The translations under genes were made by a program, and so were the position numbers. A stretch of DNA of 62,738 nucleotides, counting the filler, from Blastocystis sp. subtype 4 (Eukaryota), in NCBI RefSeq assembly GCF_000743755.1. It is 2 parts of 2 records of this genome, joined end to end, with 100 filler letters (N's around TTAATTAATTAA, not from the genome) between each part and the next. Parts side by side here need not be neighbours in the genome. Positions count along the whole stretch, not along the records: positions 31,447 to 62,738 come from NW_014569434.1; 1 more part is not named here. The stretch is one strand, 5' to 3'. The notes under the pieces are model-generated. The model saw only the letters and a list, made by a program, of their open reading frames with translations. It searched no databases and had not been told where the DNA came from. Shown one piece after another: positions 38,478 to 51,112 of this stretch (its first letter is position 1; each line of letters opens with the position of its first letter).

Positions 38478-39386
38478 ATGGGGCGAAGTACAACAGTCCC
38501 CAGATGGGGGAGTTCTTCGAATTATCATACACGCAGTTGCTTGGTTTGTTATACAATCTGGTTAGCCCCGACATTCTTTGTTCTGGGAGTCGCTATTTTC
38601 TTCTCTCCAAATGCAAGAATGCAAGATATTCTAGCGTATTCATTCAACAAAGTGTCAATTGTAGATACAATGAGAAAGCTCAAGAATGGATGCAAATAGG
38701 TATCAAGGAAATGCAGAACGCAAATCTTCAGTTATTTGTGTATGGTTTGGAGTTTCCATTGTTTTCTGATCAGAATCGCCCTGGAAAGTATTTCCCGATT
38801 CGTGATAATTGTTCTAAATCAGATGATCCATCTGTTGGATGTATTTATGTGTCGAGCTATTCTCTCACTACCAATGTAACGTTAACAAAGGATTACTACA
38901 TTCCATTTGTCATTTCCGATGGATCCTCGATTGTTGTTAACACAACACTACGGAAAAGTAAGTTACTCAAGTCCATTCAATCAGTGTGTATCCGAGTTCG
39001 ATGGAATGAAACCCAGTTCGTTCTCGATTCTCCTTCTGAGTGGTCGATATATGGCGATCCGGTTGGTTGTGAGGCGAGTAATCGCTGGAAATCTGTTACT
39101 TACGGAAAAGAGGTTCTGGATACCATCCCAATTCATGTAAGAATGTATTAAAATTGTGATATAGATACGGCACTATCAAGACCCTAGTCTTATTGCCAGT
39201 GCCTACACGAAAGGTTGCAGTGACCGAGCCACAAACAGTGACTGTTTAGGCATCTCAAAGAAGGAGAAACAGTTTATTGGGTTGTGGTGGATGATTATTA
39301 CTTTTATTTTGTGTATAGTAGAAATGATTGTAAGGATTGCAGCTGTTTGTCATGTAGGTTTTTTCCTTAATGTACTTCTGCTTTAA
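38478..39386 (+). CDS. Hypothetical membrane protein (TM near each end, Cys-containing luminal loop)
   Basis: Open spliced frame with hydrophobic segments at both ends; TGTTTGTT at 39425-39432. Confidence 0.55.
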
Positions 39387-39459
39387 CAAACTGCCCTGGA
39401 TAGAGCATTATTAGTTTGAGTTATTGTTTGTTATTACTGAAGTTCCAGATCTTTGCTAA

Positions 39460-41023
39460 ATGGATCATACGCTTGCAATTGACTTTGGTACATCAAATTC
39501 TACGGTGTATGTTTATAAAAACAACTCCTTCGAAGCCCTTACTGATGAAACTGGATCTTCCTTATTTCCTTCTTATGTCATGTATTATAATGATAGAATA
39601 GTCACAGGAATTACAGCGAAGAAGAGTATGGGACGTGATGGACGTTTTGTTGTTGGAAGTGTGAAAAGACTTATTGGGCAACCATATTCTTACTATGAGC
39701 AATTGAAAAATAAAAGTATATTTGGCTGTGAAGTCGTCCGTGGAGAGGATGATTATCCCTACTTTGTTGTTAGTAATAATGGTATGCGTGTCAATTGTGT
39801 CGATGTTGCATGTGAGTTGTTCAAGGAATTCAAGAGACGAGCTGAAGCTTATTGTAATCCTCGTGTGTTTGATGCTGCCTATCTTACAGTTCCAGCTGAC
39901 TATAAGGACTATCAGTGTAATAAAATCAAAGAAGCTGCTCGGCTAGCTGGACTCACCATCAAGAAACTCATCACTGAACCGGCTGCTGCCGCTCTATCTT
40001 GGTACTATAGTCAAGAGGATGGATTCAAGAACAATTCGAAGTTCCTGGTATACGATTTTGGAGGTGGCACCTTTGATGTTTCCCTGATGAAGTACTCGCA
40101 TGAAGATGGATTTGTTATTGTGGATCAAGGAGGCAATCCCTATTTAGGAGGAAATGATGTAGACATTACTCTCTCAGAATTCATTGAGCAGCAATATCGC
40201 AACCAATATGGAACAGAATTGATTAAAAAATCAAAGCAGGCCCTACGGAAACGAAGCGCTCTCAAAGAAAAGAGTGAAGAGATCAAATTAGCGCTGTTCA
40301 CACAACAATGTACCGATTTTGATACATCACCTTTCACAGGCGACGAACTTAGCATACCTGTCACTCAAGCTTCCTTCAATCGTTTGATCGATCCTATTGT
40401 TGACAAGACTCTGGAATGTGTGAAACTTCTATTGCAACGAAATCATCTCCAACCAGGGAACATAAGCTATTTCTTCATGATTGGAGGATCTTCTCAACTG
40501 ACTCTTGTTGCTGAGAAGACAAAGAAACTCTTTCGTGATTGTATCTTCCCTCAGGTGAATCGACAGCAGTGTGTAGCGAACGGAGCTGCTCTGATGCTTC
40601 TGGCAGACTACTCTGGAAATAGGCAAACTGTGAAGGAAATCATGAGTGAATCCATCGGATTAGGTATTGGAGAGGGGAAAGTACTGATTATGCTCAAGAA
40701 AGGAGGAAAGTTACCTCTTACGGGAAAGAGCTACTTATTTAAAACGACTCTAGATAACCAAAAGCAAGTGGATATGAAGATCTTCAAGTATAACGGTGAT
40801 CTAAAGAGAGACGAACCTGTAAATATGATTGATGAAGCTGTATGTCGATATATCTATGATCTGAATTTTGTTTTACCTGAAGTAAGGCCAAAAGGAGAAT
40901 ACTATATTGAGATCGAGTTGTCAATGGAAGTTGGCGGTGTATTAACTGTAACTTGTTATGATCCAACTTCTGGACGTAGTACAATCTATACTCAAGAGTA
41001 TGAAGCGGTATATGGCTCATATT
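39460..41023 (+). CDS. Divergent intronless Hsp70-family protein lacking the lid/EEVD
   Basis: AIDFGTSNS, TEPAAAAL, VYDFGGGTFDVS, IGGSS. Stop inferred from T41023 + poly(A), 4 nt before TGTTTGTT (41028-41035). Confidence 0.88.
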
Positions 41024-41027
41024 TCCT

Positions 41028-41035
41028 TGTTTGTT
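41028..41035 (+). terminator. TGTTTGTT poly(A)-site motif (representative of many)
   Basis: Exact copies follow gene ends on + at 510, 4748, 5978, 14365, 23511, 27393, 39425, 41028, 61488 and on - (AACAAACA) at 16289, 17362, 31773, 34152, 43212, 52097, 53698, 58471, 59291, 61561, 62604. Confidence 0.9.
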
Positions 41036-41156
41036 TTCAATCCTTTTTCTCTTTCTTTTTCAGTATTAATTGCCTTATTTCTAGAGTGCCAATTGTTTTC
41101 ACTATTTCGACAGTTACCACCTTTACTCTTCACCTTTCATTATTTTACTCTTTCAA

Positions 41157-43199
41157 ATGAATAGTCTCCTTATTTTCTTCATTTTTTCGCTTGGTAAGAC
41201 TTTGGATTTGAATTTCTCATACCCAGTTGTTGCCTCTGAGTGTTCAGATGAAAAGCATTATGCTAAAGTCATCAAAGTTAGCGGAAGTCGAGGAAATAAG
41301 GAAACTTTTACTATCTCAGGGACAATTAATGGTATGGAAACTATTTTAGTGACAGGAGCTGCTGTTCCTGCAAATCAAAACTCGACCAATGAGTATTGTC
41401 TTGACCCTACAGATGATGGGTTGTATAAAGTAAATCTGCTTCAGACGTAGGATATGGAGGAATCTGTACATTGTAGTGATGGAAGACTCTGGGATGAGCA
41501 CTCCTATCTTCAAATCATTGAAGAAAACGACTTAGTTGTATTCACCGGTAGACTCTACAATGAGAAATCTGCATTTGAATTTAAGCGTAGTCATTACTTA
41601 TTATTCTCATTCTAGTGACTAATATTGTGAATCCTGGAGCTACAGTCTACCATTTTGCTTCCTTTACTGAGGAAGACTGGACAAAAAAGAACTTTGTGAT
41701 GGATGATAGTTGGACCCCACTTAGTACGGCCAACAATCGTATTGAAAATGGAAACCATGCTACTCGTTTTTCATTTGATGTTCCCGATGTAGATAAGCTA
41801 TCTCATGTTTATATTCGTTTGTACTATCGTCACGGCATTAGTGTTTGGCTGAACGATATTCGTCTCTTTAAAGATCATATGTCAGAGTGAGTGAAAAAGG
41901 AGAGTATTACTTCTAGGCCCGAAATGGAGGCTCCATACTTCCTATTTACTATGGGATCCGGTTCCTTCTCATCCTATATGTGGGTGAAGTAGGATCCTTG
42001 ACATGTTTCTGACTTAGTGTGATGGTTCCCGCCTACATTTTAGAAGCCTCAAACAATGTGCTTGTGATTTCAGCTCATTATACGGAATTCACAGCTATTC
42101 AAGTGAGTTGGACATTTTCGATTTTCCCTGTGTATGCATCTATGAAGGAGGAACGTAAGCCAATGAAGAAATGATAACATGAAGGTTGTTCTCCTGTACA
42201 GTTCACATTGAGTCACAGTGCTGGTGTGAAGTCTATGACAAACAATCTTGCGTCGTATGTAGTTGATGGGTTTACTGAGACTCAAACCATGTTCTCTTCT
42301 ACTTCTATGCACTTCACGATCACTACTCCTGTGTAGGGATTCAAGATATATCTGTGATCATAGAGTTGCTTCGATCAGTGAGTATACCCTGTATCGAAAA
42401 GGAACGGATGCAGTGAAGTCCTGGAAACTCTTAAATTGTGGTAAAGGCAATCCTGATTGCACACAGTGGCTACAGTCATCATCTCGTCTGGAGTCAAAAA
42501 CGAAGGATGGAGAATACCGATATTCGTGTGATGACACAACCAATCTCCCTTCCACTCGCTTCCGATTGGAACTCTTGAGTATGAGATAAATAGAGATTGA
42601 TAAGATAGCTCTCGATGGTGAAATCCATGATACCAGTCTCAATGAGTTTACTCCTTATGTCTGTGGAATGAAGGTGGATCAATCCATGTATACACATTCC
42701 TATATGTATGCAAATGTTACCCAACAAATCACCAATGCTCCTATTGATACTATTGTGGATGCCACCTATTCTATTTACCCTCCACTCCCATCAACACTCT
42801 CGATTAGTGAATCTACAGGTGTGATTTCGGGATCTACAGAAGATCTTGCGAAGTTTAACGTGTTTTCGGTGATTCGTACGGTTAACACCGTCTCTACGAA
42901 GTTCATTTTAGTGATTGAAACTGGTAAGGAACATGTGAATGTGATAATTGATAGAGAATCCTGACAAACCTACTGAGGCTCCTCCTACCTTGCCTCCTAC
43001 CCCTTCCACAGCGACTCCTACTGAGGCCCCAACAGAGGCTCCAACTGTTGTTCCCACTGAACCTGCGTCTAATGCTACCATGATTATCGTAATTGTGGTG
43101 ATTGTAGTATTAATTGTGATTGTTGTGATTGCATTATGTTGTTGCAAGGGAAAGAAGCGAGATCGAAAGGGAGTTATGAAACCAAAAATGGTTGTATGA
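41157..43199 (+). CDS. Type I surface protein with putative Ig (He_PIG-like) domain and Pro/Thr stalk
   Basis: Signal peptide, YSIYPPLPSTLSISESTGVISG, PTEAPT repeats, Ile/Val-rich TM, CCCKGKK tail. Confidence 0.7.
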
Positions 43200-43221
43200 T
43201 CTTCTTGTTGGAACAAACATG

Positions 43222-43915
43222 TCATTTACAACATCCCTATTCTTGATCATTCCTACTCACACTTACAGTATTTGAGGCAGGAGGAGGTTGCGAACAAGAT
43301 ATCACGTCGCTTGGTACCACTTCCTTGCCTACATTCATACACTTATCACACACTTGTTCAAACAATTCTGTCACATTATAACCCGATTTCGCCGATGTTT
43401 CCATGTAATCGATACCATTCTCTTCACAAAACTGCTGTATTTCAGCCAATGTTAGTGCCTTGTCACTAAGATCCACCTTATTTACTGCAAGAATGATATA
43501 ACAATCTGCCTTATCGGTTTTCTGATGAATATCCAAAATCCAACGAGCTGCAACTTCTAATGAGCGCTTCTCTGTCACATCTATAACCAAAACAGCAGCT
43601 GCAGCATTTCGGTAATACATAGGAAGAATAGATCGATACCGCTCTTGTCCGGCTGTATCCCAGATATCCAATCGGAATTGCTTCTCACCCTTCGTAATCA
43701 CCCTACGACATCAGAAACACAACATATCTGCACTTCGATTTAAATGCTGCTCCAATTGTACTATCGATTTGTGAGTTGAACTGTCCCGTTGTATATCGCA
43801 TTAGCAAACTTGACTTTCCAGTTGCAGCATCTCCCAATAGAACAACCTACAAGATCATCTAGATCGCTAATTACAGAAATACCTTGATTCCAACCAATTG
43901 GTTTTCTATAGACAT
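43222..43915 (-). CDS. Rab GTPase (Rab5-like)
   Basis: [42 protein letters not shown]. Spliced C-terminus GCCK after intron 43237-43266. Confidence 0.9.
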
Positions 43916-43977
43916 TGTTAAGCTTCAACAAGATTCGGAGCCGAGAAGCCGTTTTAACAGGATGCTCTCGTCAAATA

Positions 43978-45180
43978 ATGAGTAATCGAATCGTTCAGCC
44001 TGTAGGAAAGGTAATTCATTGTGGCTATACAGTGATTGGATAGATCAAATTGACAAACGTAGCGATCATTCGCTATGAGTATAAGGGAAAGAGATTTGAG
44101 ATCGCTTGTTATAAGAATAAGGTTTGAAAAAGTGGTTGTGAGTTACGGGGTAGATCATCAATTGGCGAAATGGGATTGAAAAGGATATTGACGAGGTACT
44201 TCAAATTCCAAATATCTTCTTGAATGCATCTAAAGTCGAATCGGAGTGAAAGTGTCATTGTTAGGGAGTGACTGCGAGTCATGAGGATTTGATGCATTGC
44301 TTTGGAACTACAGACACCTCTGTAATCAGTAAAATCATTCTGGAGAAGGGTGTTGAACAGATTTCAGGAAAGGAACGTGAACATCAACTTCAGGCGTATG
44401 AGTCGTTGCTTTTGTTGATTGATAGGATGAATCAGGAAGTATCGACTCTGATTTCTGAAATGTGTTACAATCCTGATACAGATGCTCCCTTTACTGTATG
44501 AATGGAATAGTCTACTAATATGTAGGTAAGTATGATTCAACGAGCTATGAAGGATGCTCATGTGTCACTTCGATTAAACCAAAGTGCAAAGAAGCAGGCT
44601 CTCGAGATTATCAATATTCTGAAAAAGGTGATGCGGATTGAGCGAATGCAAATGTTGATTCAGTTCACCTGCAAGAAGAAGAGTATGGTGAAGTAGAGTT
44701 TATTCATGGATAGAAGAGAGTGTTTTAGATGCGTTTTGTAAAGAAGAAGGTGTTCATGTGATTTCCAAAGATGACACACCAATTTCATTGAACTGGAAGT
44801 GCTGCATTGACCCAAAAAGCTACAGAGCTGTGGATGTCCTTTGCCAACAGAACCCTTCAATTGCTTGTGAGATTCTTCAACACAAATATGTACCTGAAGA
44901 GAAGCCATCCGATTCGAACACCTGTGCTGAGCACGTTGTAGATCCTGCTCCAGTGGAACCTGTGAAAACAGAAATGGTGTCAATGAAGTTCAAATGTAGT
45001 TCATGTGAAGCTGGGTTCAATACTGCAAATGAGCATCGTGAGCATTTCCGTAGTGATTGGCACCGATTCAATCTTAAACGCAAGAACAAAGGATTACCTG
45101 TGATCAGTGAGTCTGAGTTCAATTCTCTTGATGAAACGGATCGTGAATTATTCTTAAAGCAAGATTCTGTAGCTACATAA
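43978..45180 (+). CDS. SBDS: Ribosome maturation factor SBDS/Sdo1 with C-terminal zinc finger
   Basis: KLTNVAIIRY..GKRFEIACYKNK, SAKKQALE, C-terminal CSSC..HREHFRSDWHRFNLKRK. Confidence 0.93.
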
Positions 45181-45256
45181 CAAGTATCCTTTGATTTGTT
45201 TGTTGTATATAACCGCGGAAGTGTGTTACAGGTCATTTATATTGTCGGATCGTGTC

Positions 45257-48200
45257 ATGGTCCAAGAAGTAATCACCCTGTTTATCTGATATTTATAGCC
45301 TTACTATTATGATACTTATCAGAGTACGAAAGGTTTCTACGATTATACGATAACAAGTCATATAGAACAGCCGCGAAGTTGTTGTTTTGTGAGTAGTCTG
45401 ATGAATAGTTCAGGAAAAGAAGAAAAAGCGACTGAAAGATAAGATTGCTGACATCTTGGACTACTCTAGTTTCTTCTACATTTATGCATTTGCATGGAGA
45501 ATGTTTTGTTTTTCATTTTTAGTTGAATACCTTCTTTTCTGGAATGGGTTGGGTCATCTTCGTTATGTATATGAATGAAGTTGACGTCTACATTCCTCCA
45601 TGGGTCTGGTATTTTTCTGTATTTTCGGGGAAGCGGAGTCATATCTAGTTAGCTGTAAGTATTTATTATACATTTGATTTTTGTCTGACGTTTTACCTTG
45701 CTCCAAACAAGTGGGCTTTTCTGTTTTCTGAGTTACTGTGCTTCTCTTATCTCAGTCATAGACCTGGATTGATTGATGTCATGACATCGTTTCCTGTCCT
45801 CATTATTATGATTATTATGAAAAAGACAGACCACATCGCTGCTTGGATTGTGAAGCTTCCTGCCTTCCGAATCTATATCCTATTCGATCATTCGTTCGTG
45901 TTTTCTTCATTTTGACTTCGCTTAATCCGACTTCTGCGCATGTTTCAACGACGTGATTTGATTCGTTTTCAGAGTGCCTTCAATGACCATCTCACCTATT
46001 TCTTACTGAAATCGAGTGTTGTCGTTCTCTTCTTCTCATGTATTCTTGTGATTCCGGCTCCATCTCTAGCTCTCTTCCAGACACTTGAATACAATGAATG
46101 GAGCCCATATGGAGTTCATCTTGATATGTTAACCTCCGTGTAAGATTGCAAATCGAGACTAAGAGAAAGATTCTTCATTTTGACATCGGCTCTGGGAGTT
46201 GGGTATGGAGAGATTTATCCACGAACCTTTTGGGGAAAAGTTCTCCTGATTTGGTTCTATGCAATGATCGTGATTTTTGTCCCTAAGAATGTGATTACAA
46301 ATGTCGCATCTAACAAATAGCTGATTATCTTATATCGATTGAAAAAGAATGACACTGCATTACGAGACCGTTCCAGATTGGAAAACAAGACAAACAAACG
46401 TCACATTCTTCTCACGGGATATTGTTCCTATCGTGATGTATACTCTGTACTTGTTTACCAGTGGCGAGAAGACTTTGTAGGAGAAGATTTCATTTGTATG
46501 CGTTTATGGATGGAATGAGGATTAGTGGCTGTTCTGTCTCCAACTCTGAATATGAATGATTTTAGACATTCACCTTATTGGAAACATCGATTTGTTATGC
46601 GTGTTCAGTTTTTCAAAGGATCCATTTTCAATCATGTATTTACAATTGTTTCTGTTAATCATAGAATGATCTACTTCGTTCAATGTATATGTCTGCAAGC
46701 GATGTGATTTATATTCCTGATCCTCGTAAGGATTTCGTTGCCAGAGACAAAGAAACTGTAATTGCTCTTGTCTCACTCGAAAATTCTTTTGTAACAAACA
46801 GCAAATATCTTGATTATGTTAATACGTTGCCAGAAAAGGATCGAAGCAAAATCAAGGATTTAGCGCTGTACGAGAGTTATGGAAAAAAACCGCGGGTCTT
46901 CACTTCGATCTGTTCTGGTGTAATTGCTATTCCAGTAGATGTATAATCATTAACTCATGCACAGCAATACTTCCTGCCAGTGAAAATCAATCTTCCTTTG
47001 TACACAAAACATGCATTAATAGCTACGGAATTACTGTGTCCAGGCTGCTATACACTTCTTCATAATCTATTGCTAATGCATACAAGAGTATTTATCACTT
47101 CGTTTCTTGATAATTAGGATACGAAGGAAATGATCTACACAAAGACTGAAAAGACACATCTACTGATGAAGGGAAAGTATGGAGAGACGGTAAACTCGGC
47201 TTCAAACCCTGTGAATTATCAAACAATTAAGTATGGGATCGTGTCATTACTCATCCCTAGTACTCGTTCTCCTGGTTATGTGTTGAATGTCCTCAGCGAG
47301 ACTGATTGGCAGGATGAATATCGACGGAGTTCTGTGAAGTCTCTATACACAGTTTCTGTAGAAGAATTACAAAGGGGAGTTACATTTGGACAGTAAGAAA
47401 GGAGTTTCATTCTGAGTTAAAGAGCATGCATTGCAATCTATAAGCTTACAGGACAATTGTTATTTGCTATGACAGTAATATTTGTGGATAGAAGTTAATA
47501 TTAGAAGTTTAATGGAGGGATGAGAATCAATCCGGTTCATGAACGTATCGAACTGAGAGATCGCTTGCATATATTCACCACTTCAAAAAGATCAGCTTTA
47601 GCCTGTTTAGAAGTGCTGAATTCGGAGGTGATTTTGGAATGTGTGGTCAATAGTCAAAGTTGGATCTTTTTTTGGAATGACACCAATAGTTTCGGATCCA
47701 TTCACTTCAACCTCGATTCCCAATACTATCAGTTTCTTGAACATTATTCCTGAGGAGAATGTTGGAATGCGACGTAGTGAGGGAACCTCCCTTGATATCG
47801 AAATGAATCCAATGAAACAAGAAGAAGTACTTGAAGTGAGTGATGAGGAGGAACAATCGTATGTGATGATTATGGAAATGACCAATAGTTCTGTGACTAC
47901 CGTTGCTCAATCAGTTGATACAATTGCTGTGGAGAGATCCATGACAGCTAGATCATTAATGCTGACCTCAATGGATATTCAAGAGAATAAAGACATTGTG
48001 GCATTGGACTCATGTCATTACTCGAATCCTCATTACTATGAATCAGATGATGATTTGAGTGTTGTGGATGCTGAACATGAAGCAATGAAGCAAGAACTCA
48101 AACGGAAAGAACAGTTGGATGAAGCATTGAATTCGGAGATCGTTTCACCTCCTTCGATGAGTCCTGGAGACCATTTGTCAAAGAAGGAGGTAACAGATGT

Positions 48201-49576
48201 CAATACCAAAATGATGGGTATTTGGGGAATTTCGCGAATGAAGCATCCTGAGTCCTCAGGAGAGGAAGGATATACTACAAGTGTTCATAGTAATTCCACG
48301 ACACAATCCGAATCTGATAGTTTACCAAACAAATCTTCATTCCATTCGTTCAATAAGTATTCCATAGATATCTTCTAATTAGAAAGATATTCCTTTTCTC
48401 GAATGAAGCGCCCTTTCAATCCTTCCAGTACACCTCCTAAGTCGAGTCTCACATTAATGCATCTTCCTAGTAGCTCTCTTCATGGTGATAAGGAAACCAC
48501 TTTTCATACAACCAAATTCTCTGTTGAAGTGAAATCAATTGTGATTAGTGTATGTATGTAACAAAACGACCATAATTAGGGTTGTCCTCAAAATGTGTCA
48601 AATTTTTTACATCAATTACTACGCCATACCATTAACAATTCTGTTCCTGAAGTTACGATTATAGCACCATCACCTTTTCCAGGTACTCTTGAAATTGGGA
48701 TCTAAATGTAGAATGGGGTCAATTGGAATCTCTCTTTCAGAACAAGCTTCATTTCGTTCAAGGAGAATCTACAGATATGACTGCACTTGCTGCTGCTCAT
48801 GCTGATACAGCTGACCGTGTCCTCTTAATGCCATATACCAAATGGCAGGATTATCGGGTATTGTTTATATTCATTGCTTTACGATAGCCTTCTGAAGAAG
48901 ACCCTACTGGTCCATCAGAGTTTGACAAGGCATCTGCGATTTCGCTGCTAACGCTTGAACATTTCCAGAAATTCGGAAAATTGGAGAACATGAAATATGG
49001 TGAAAAACTGGCAGGTGATTGATACGGGATTCATCTCTAGCGTCCAGAAGATATGGAAACGCATCAATACGCACATAACTATCTGTTGCACGTAGAGAGA
49101 GCCTGCTCCTTAACCAACATCATTCGATTGCCTTGTCCACCTTCGTTTGATTATTATGATAACAAGTATTATTTCATTCCTGAGTTTGCTGCGGGCAATA
49201 TGTATCAATGCTAATACCAATTTAACACTAGTTATGTAGATGAAACAGTTCAGGAAATGAACGCTCTTTCTGCATGTTTTGAATCATCAATCACAGCATT
49301 AGAGATTCTTCTTTCTGAAACCAATGGTAGAAATGAGAAATGGAATTCAATGTAGGGAATCGCTTTGTCGAATATACTGTGGGCTCTCATACAGCCAATG
49401 TCGCTTCGGAAGTCTTTTATGACCTTTTGGCCACAAAAGGATTAATGATTCTGGGAGTGAGGAAACGAAGTCGGATTACTGGAGAACCGTTTGTTGTTGC
49501 TATTCCTTCTCCTCATTATCTGTTCAATAAAGATGATATCATTATTTGTGTTCTTCCTGATTTGAATGTTATTTAG
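45257..49576 (+). CDS. BK/Slo-like potassium channel with RCK region; start approximate
   Basis: S4 FRIFRLIRLLR, pore GVGYGEIYPRTFWGK, RCK-like HILLTG, FFKGS..DL, FAAG. Confidence 0.78.
45875..45916 (+). other. U12-type AT-AC intron in K+ channel S4 (42 nt)
   Basis: ATATCCTAT donor, TTCTTCAT branch, AC acceptor; removal removes an in-frame TGA and restores FRIFRLIRLLR. Confidence 0.82.
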
Positions 49577-49638
49577 TTTCATTTTGTTTGTTTTTCCTTT
49601 TAATGACATAGACGTGATATATTTGTAATCTCAGATAC

Positions 49639-50561
49639 ATGTTGGCTCTTACTTCTAAACTTGCTCTTCGTAATATACGCGTTTTCGAAACTGGGTTGTG
49701 GTGATATCTAGGTCTTTTCTACAGTGCGTGATGTTGAGTTGTGTACCAAAGGCTTTGACGAGATTATTCGATCAAGAACTAGCTGTAGACAATACAAACA
49801 ACAAAGTGTGGATGATTCACTTCTTGACAAGATTCTGTCTGAAACCGTTGTATCTATTTGGTATGCCATCTGAGTCTAGCTTGCCCCAACAGCATATAAC
49901 TGGCAACCATACAAAATTGTCATTCTGAAAGATAAGGCGAATCTAGAGAAGTTGGCTACCCGCATGCCGAAAAAGAATGCCAACGTGATCCGTCAGGTTC
50001 CTGGAGTTGCCGTATTCCTTGCTGATACAGGTAACAATCATTCTTCTTTTTCAAGGAATAGAACCCAGCATGACGGGAGAAGCATATAAAGTACTCTGGA
50101 AGCGCGAAGGACTGGATGAGAACAAAGTTGGATATACATTGAGTCGTTTTGGTACATTGATAGGAAAGGGTGGAATAGCAGGTCTTATGGCCAAATGTTC
50201 GTTGAAGCAAAAGTCCAACAAATCTTTTGCTCAAGAATACTATACAAATCGAGTAATGGTACAATGGTTTATTAATCTGTAGGAATGGAGTATCAAACAG
50301 ACTATCTTCCCAATGGAATTATTTGTATTGTCTTGTCAAGCCCATGGATTATGTTCTCTCATCATGGAGGGTTTTGACGGCCGACATGTGAGTGAACTAA
50401 TTCACTGTCCAAAACGATACTTTGTAGTGGGTCTCGTACCGTTCGGCTATTCTAGTGAAGAGAATGTGAAACCCACCCTTCGCTATGAGACTAGGAACAT
50501 GGTATTTAATGAACGATTTGGTGAAGAACGCACTACGGTACCTGAATTCAAAAGAGAATAA
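49639..50561 (+). CDS. Nitroreductase-family protein with presequence
   Basis: IIRSRTSCRQY, LAPTAYNWQPY, AHGLCSLIMEGFD, VPFGY; N-terminal MLALTSKLALRNIR. Confidence 0.85.
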
Positions 50562-51112
50562 TGCATTTGTTTACATACATGTCATATCAATAGTCATCTC
50601 TCATAGTCATGAAACCCAAGAAAATGTTGTAACAGTATGATAGTGGGTAAGATTAATATGTTAAGTGTTCACTACAATATCCTGTTTGATACACATCCTG
50701 TATTCGAATTGATGACCATTTCACATCGATCCAATTGAATACAAATATCCATCTCAACAAGCCAATAAAGTAGAACCATATGAACGAATTTGTAATACAC
50801 GAAAAATAATGGGGTGGCACCAAATTCACTCACACCTAATTCATAAAAATAGTGAACTTATTTAATAAAGAATGAAAACAATCCAAAGAGTGATAGCCCT
50901 TTGAAAAGATCCATTCCTGTAACATCTTGTATTCATACCAGCATAACAATAGAATCACATCTAAGAACTATTATGACGACAGAAACACTAGTATAGGTTC
51001 ATCACACAATGAGCATCCAAATAGTATGTCAAGAACAGAATAGCAATCAATGTAGATTCAAGATGAAATAAAATAAGAACTCCACTTCTCCATAGTTTAT
51101 TATTGCCACAAC

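Noticed and set aside
41024..41160. Hydrophobic C-terminal 'membrane anchor' on Hsp70
   Set aside because: T-rich intergenic sequence downstream of the predicted poly(A)-made stop.
42968..43062. Short direct repeats (CRISPR or satellite?)
   Set aside because: They encode the PTEAPT stalk; there is no repeat-spacer architecture.
45184..45192. GTATCCTTT U12-like donor
   Set aside because: Lies in the SBDS 3' UTR just before the poly(A) motif, with no branch site or interrupted frame.
50590..51100. Possible minus-strand membrane-protein gene
   Set aside because: Hydrophobic fragments are present but no consistent start or exon chain could be built.
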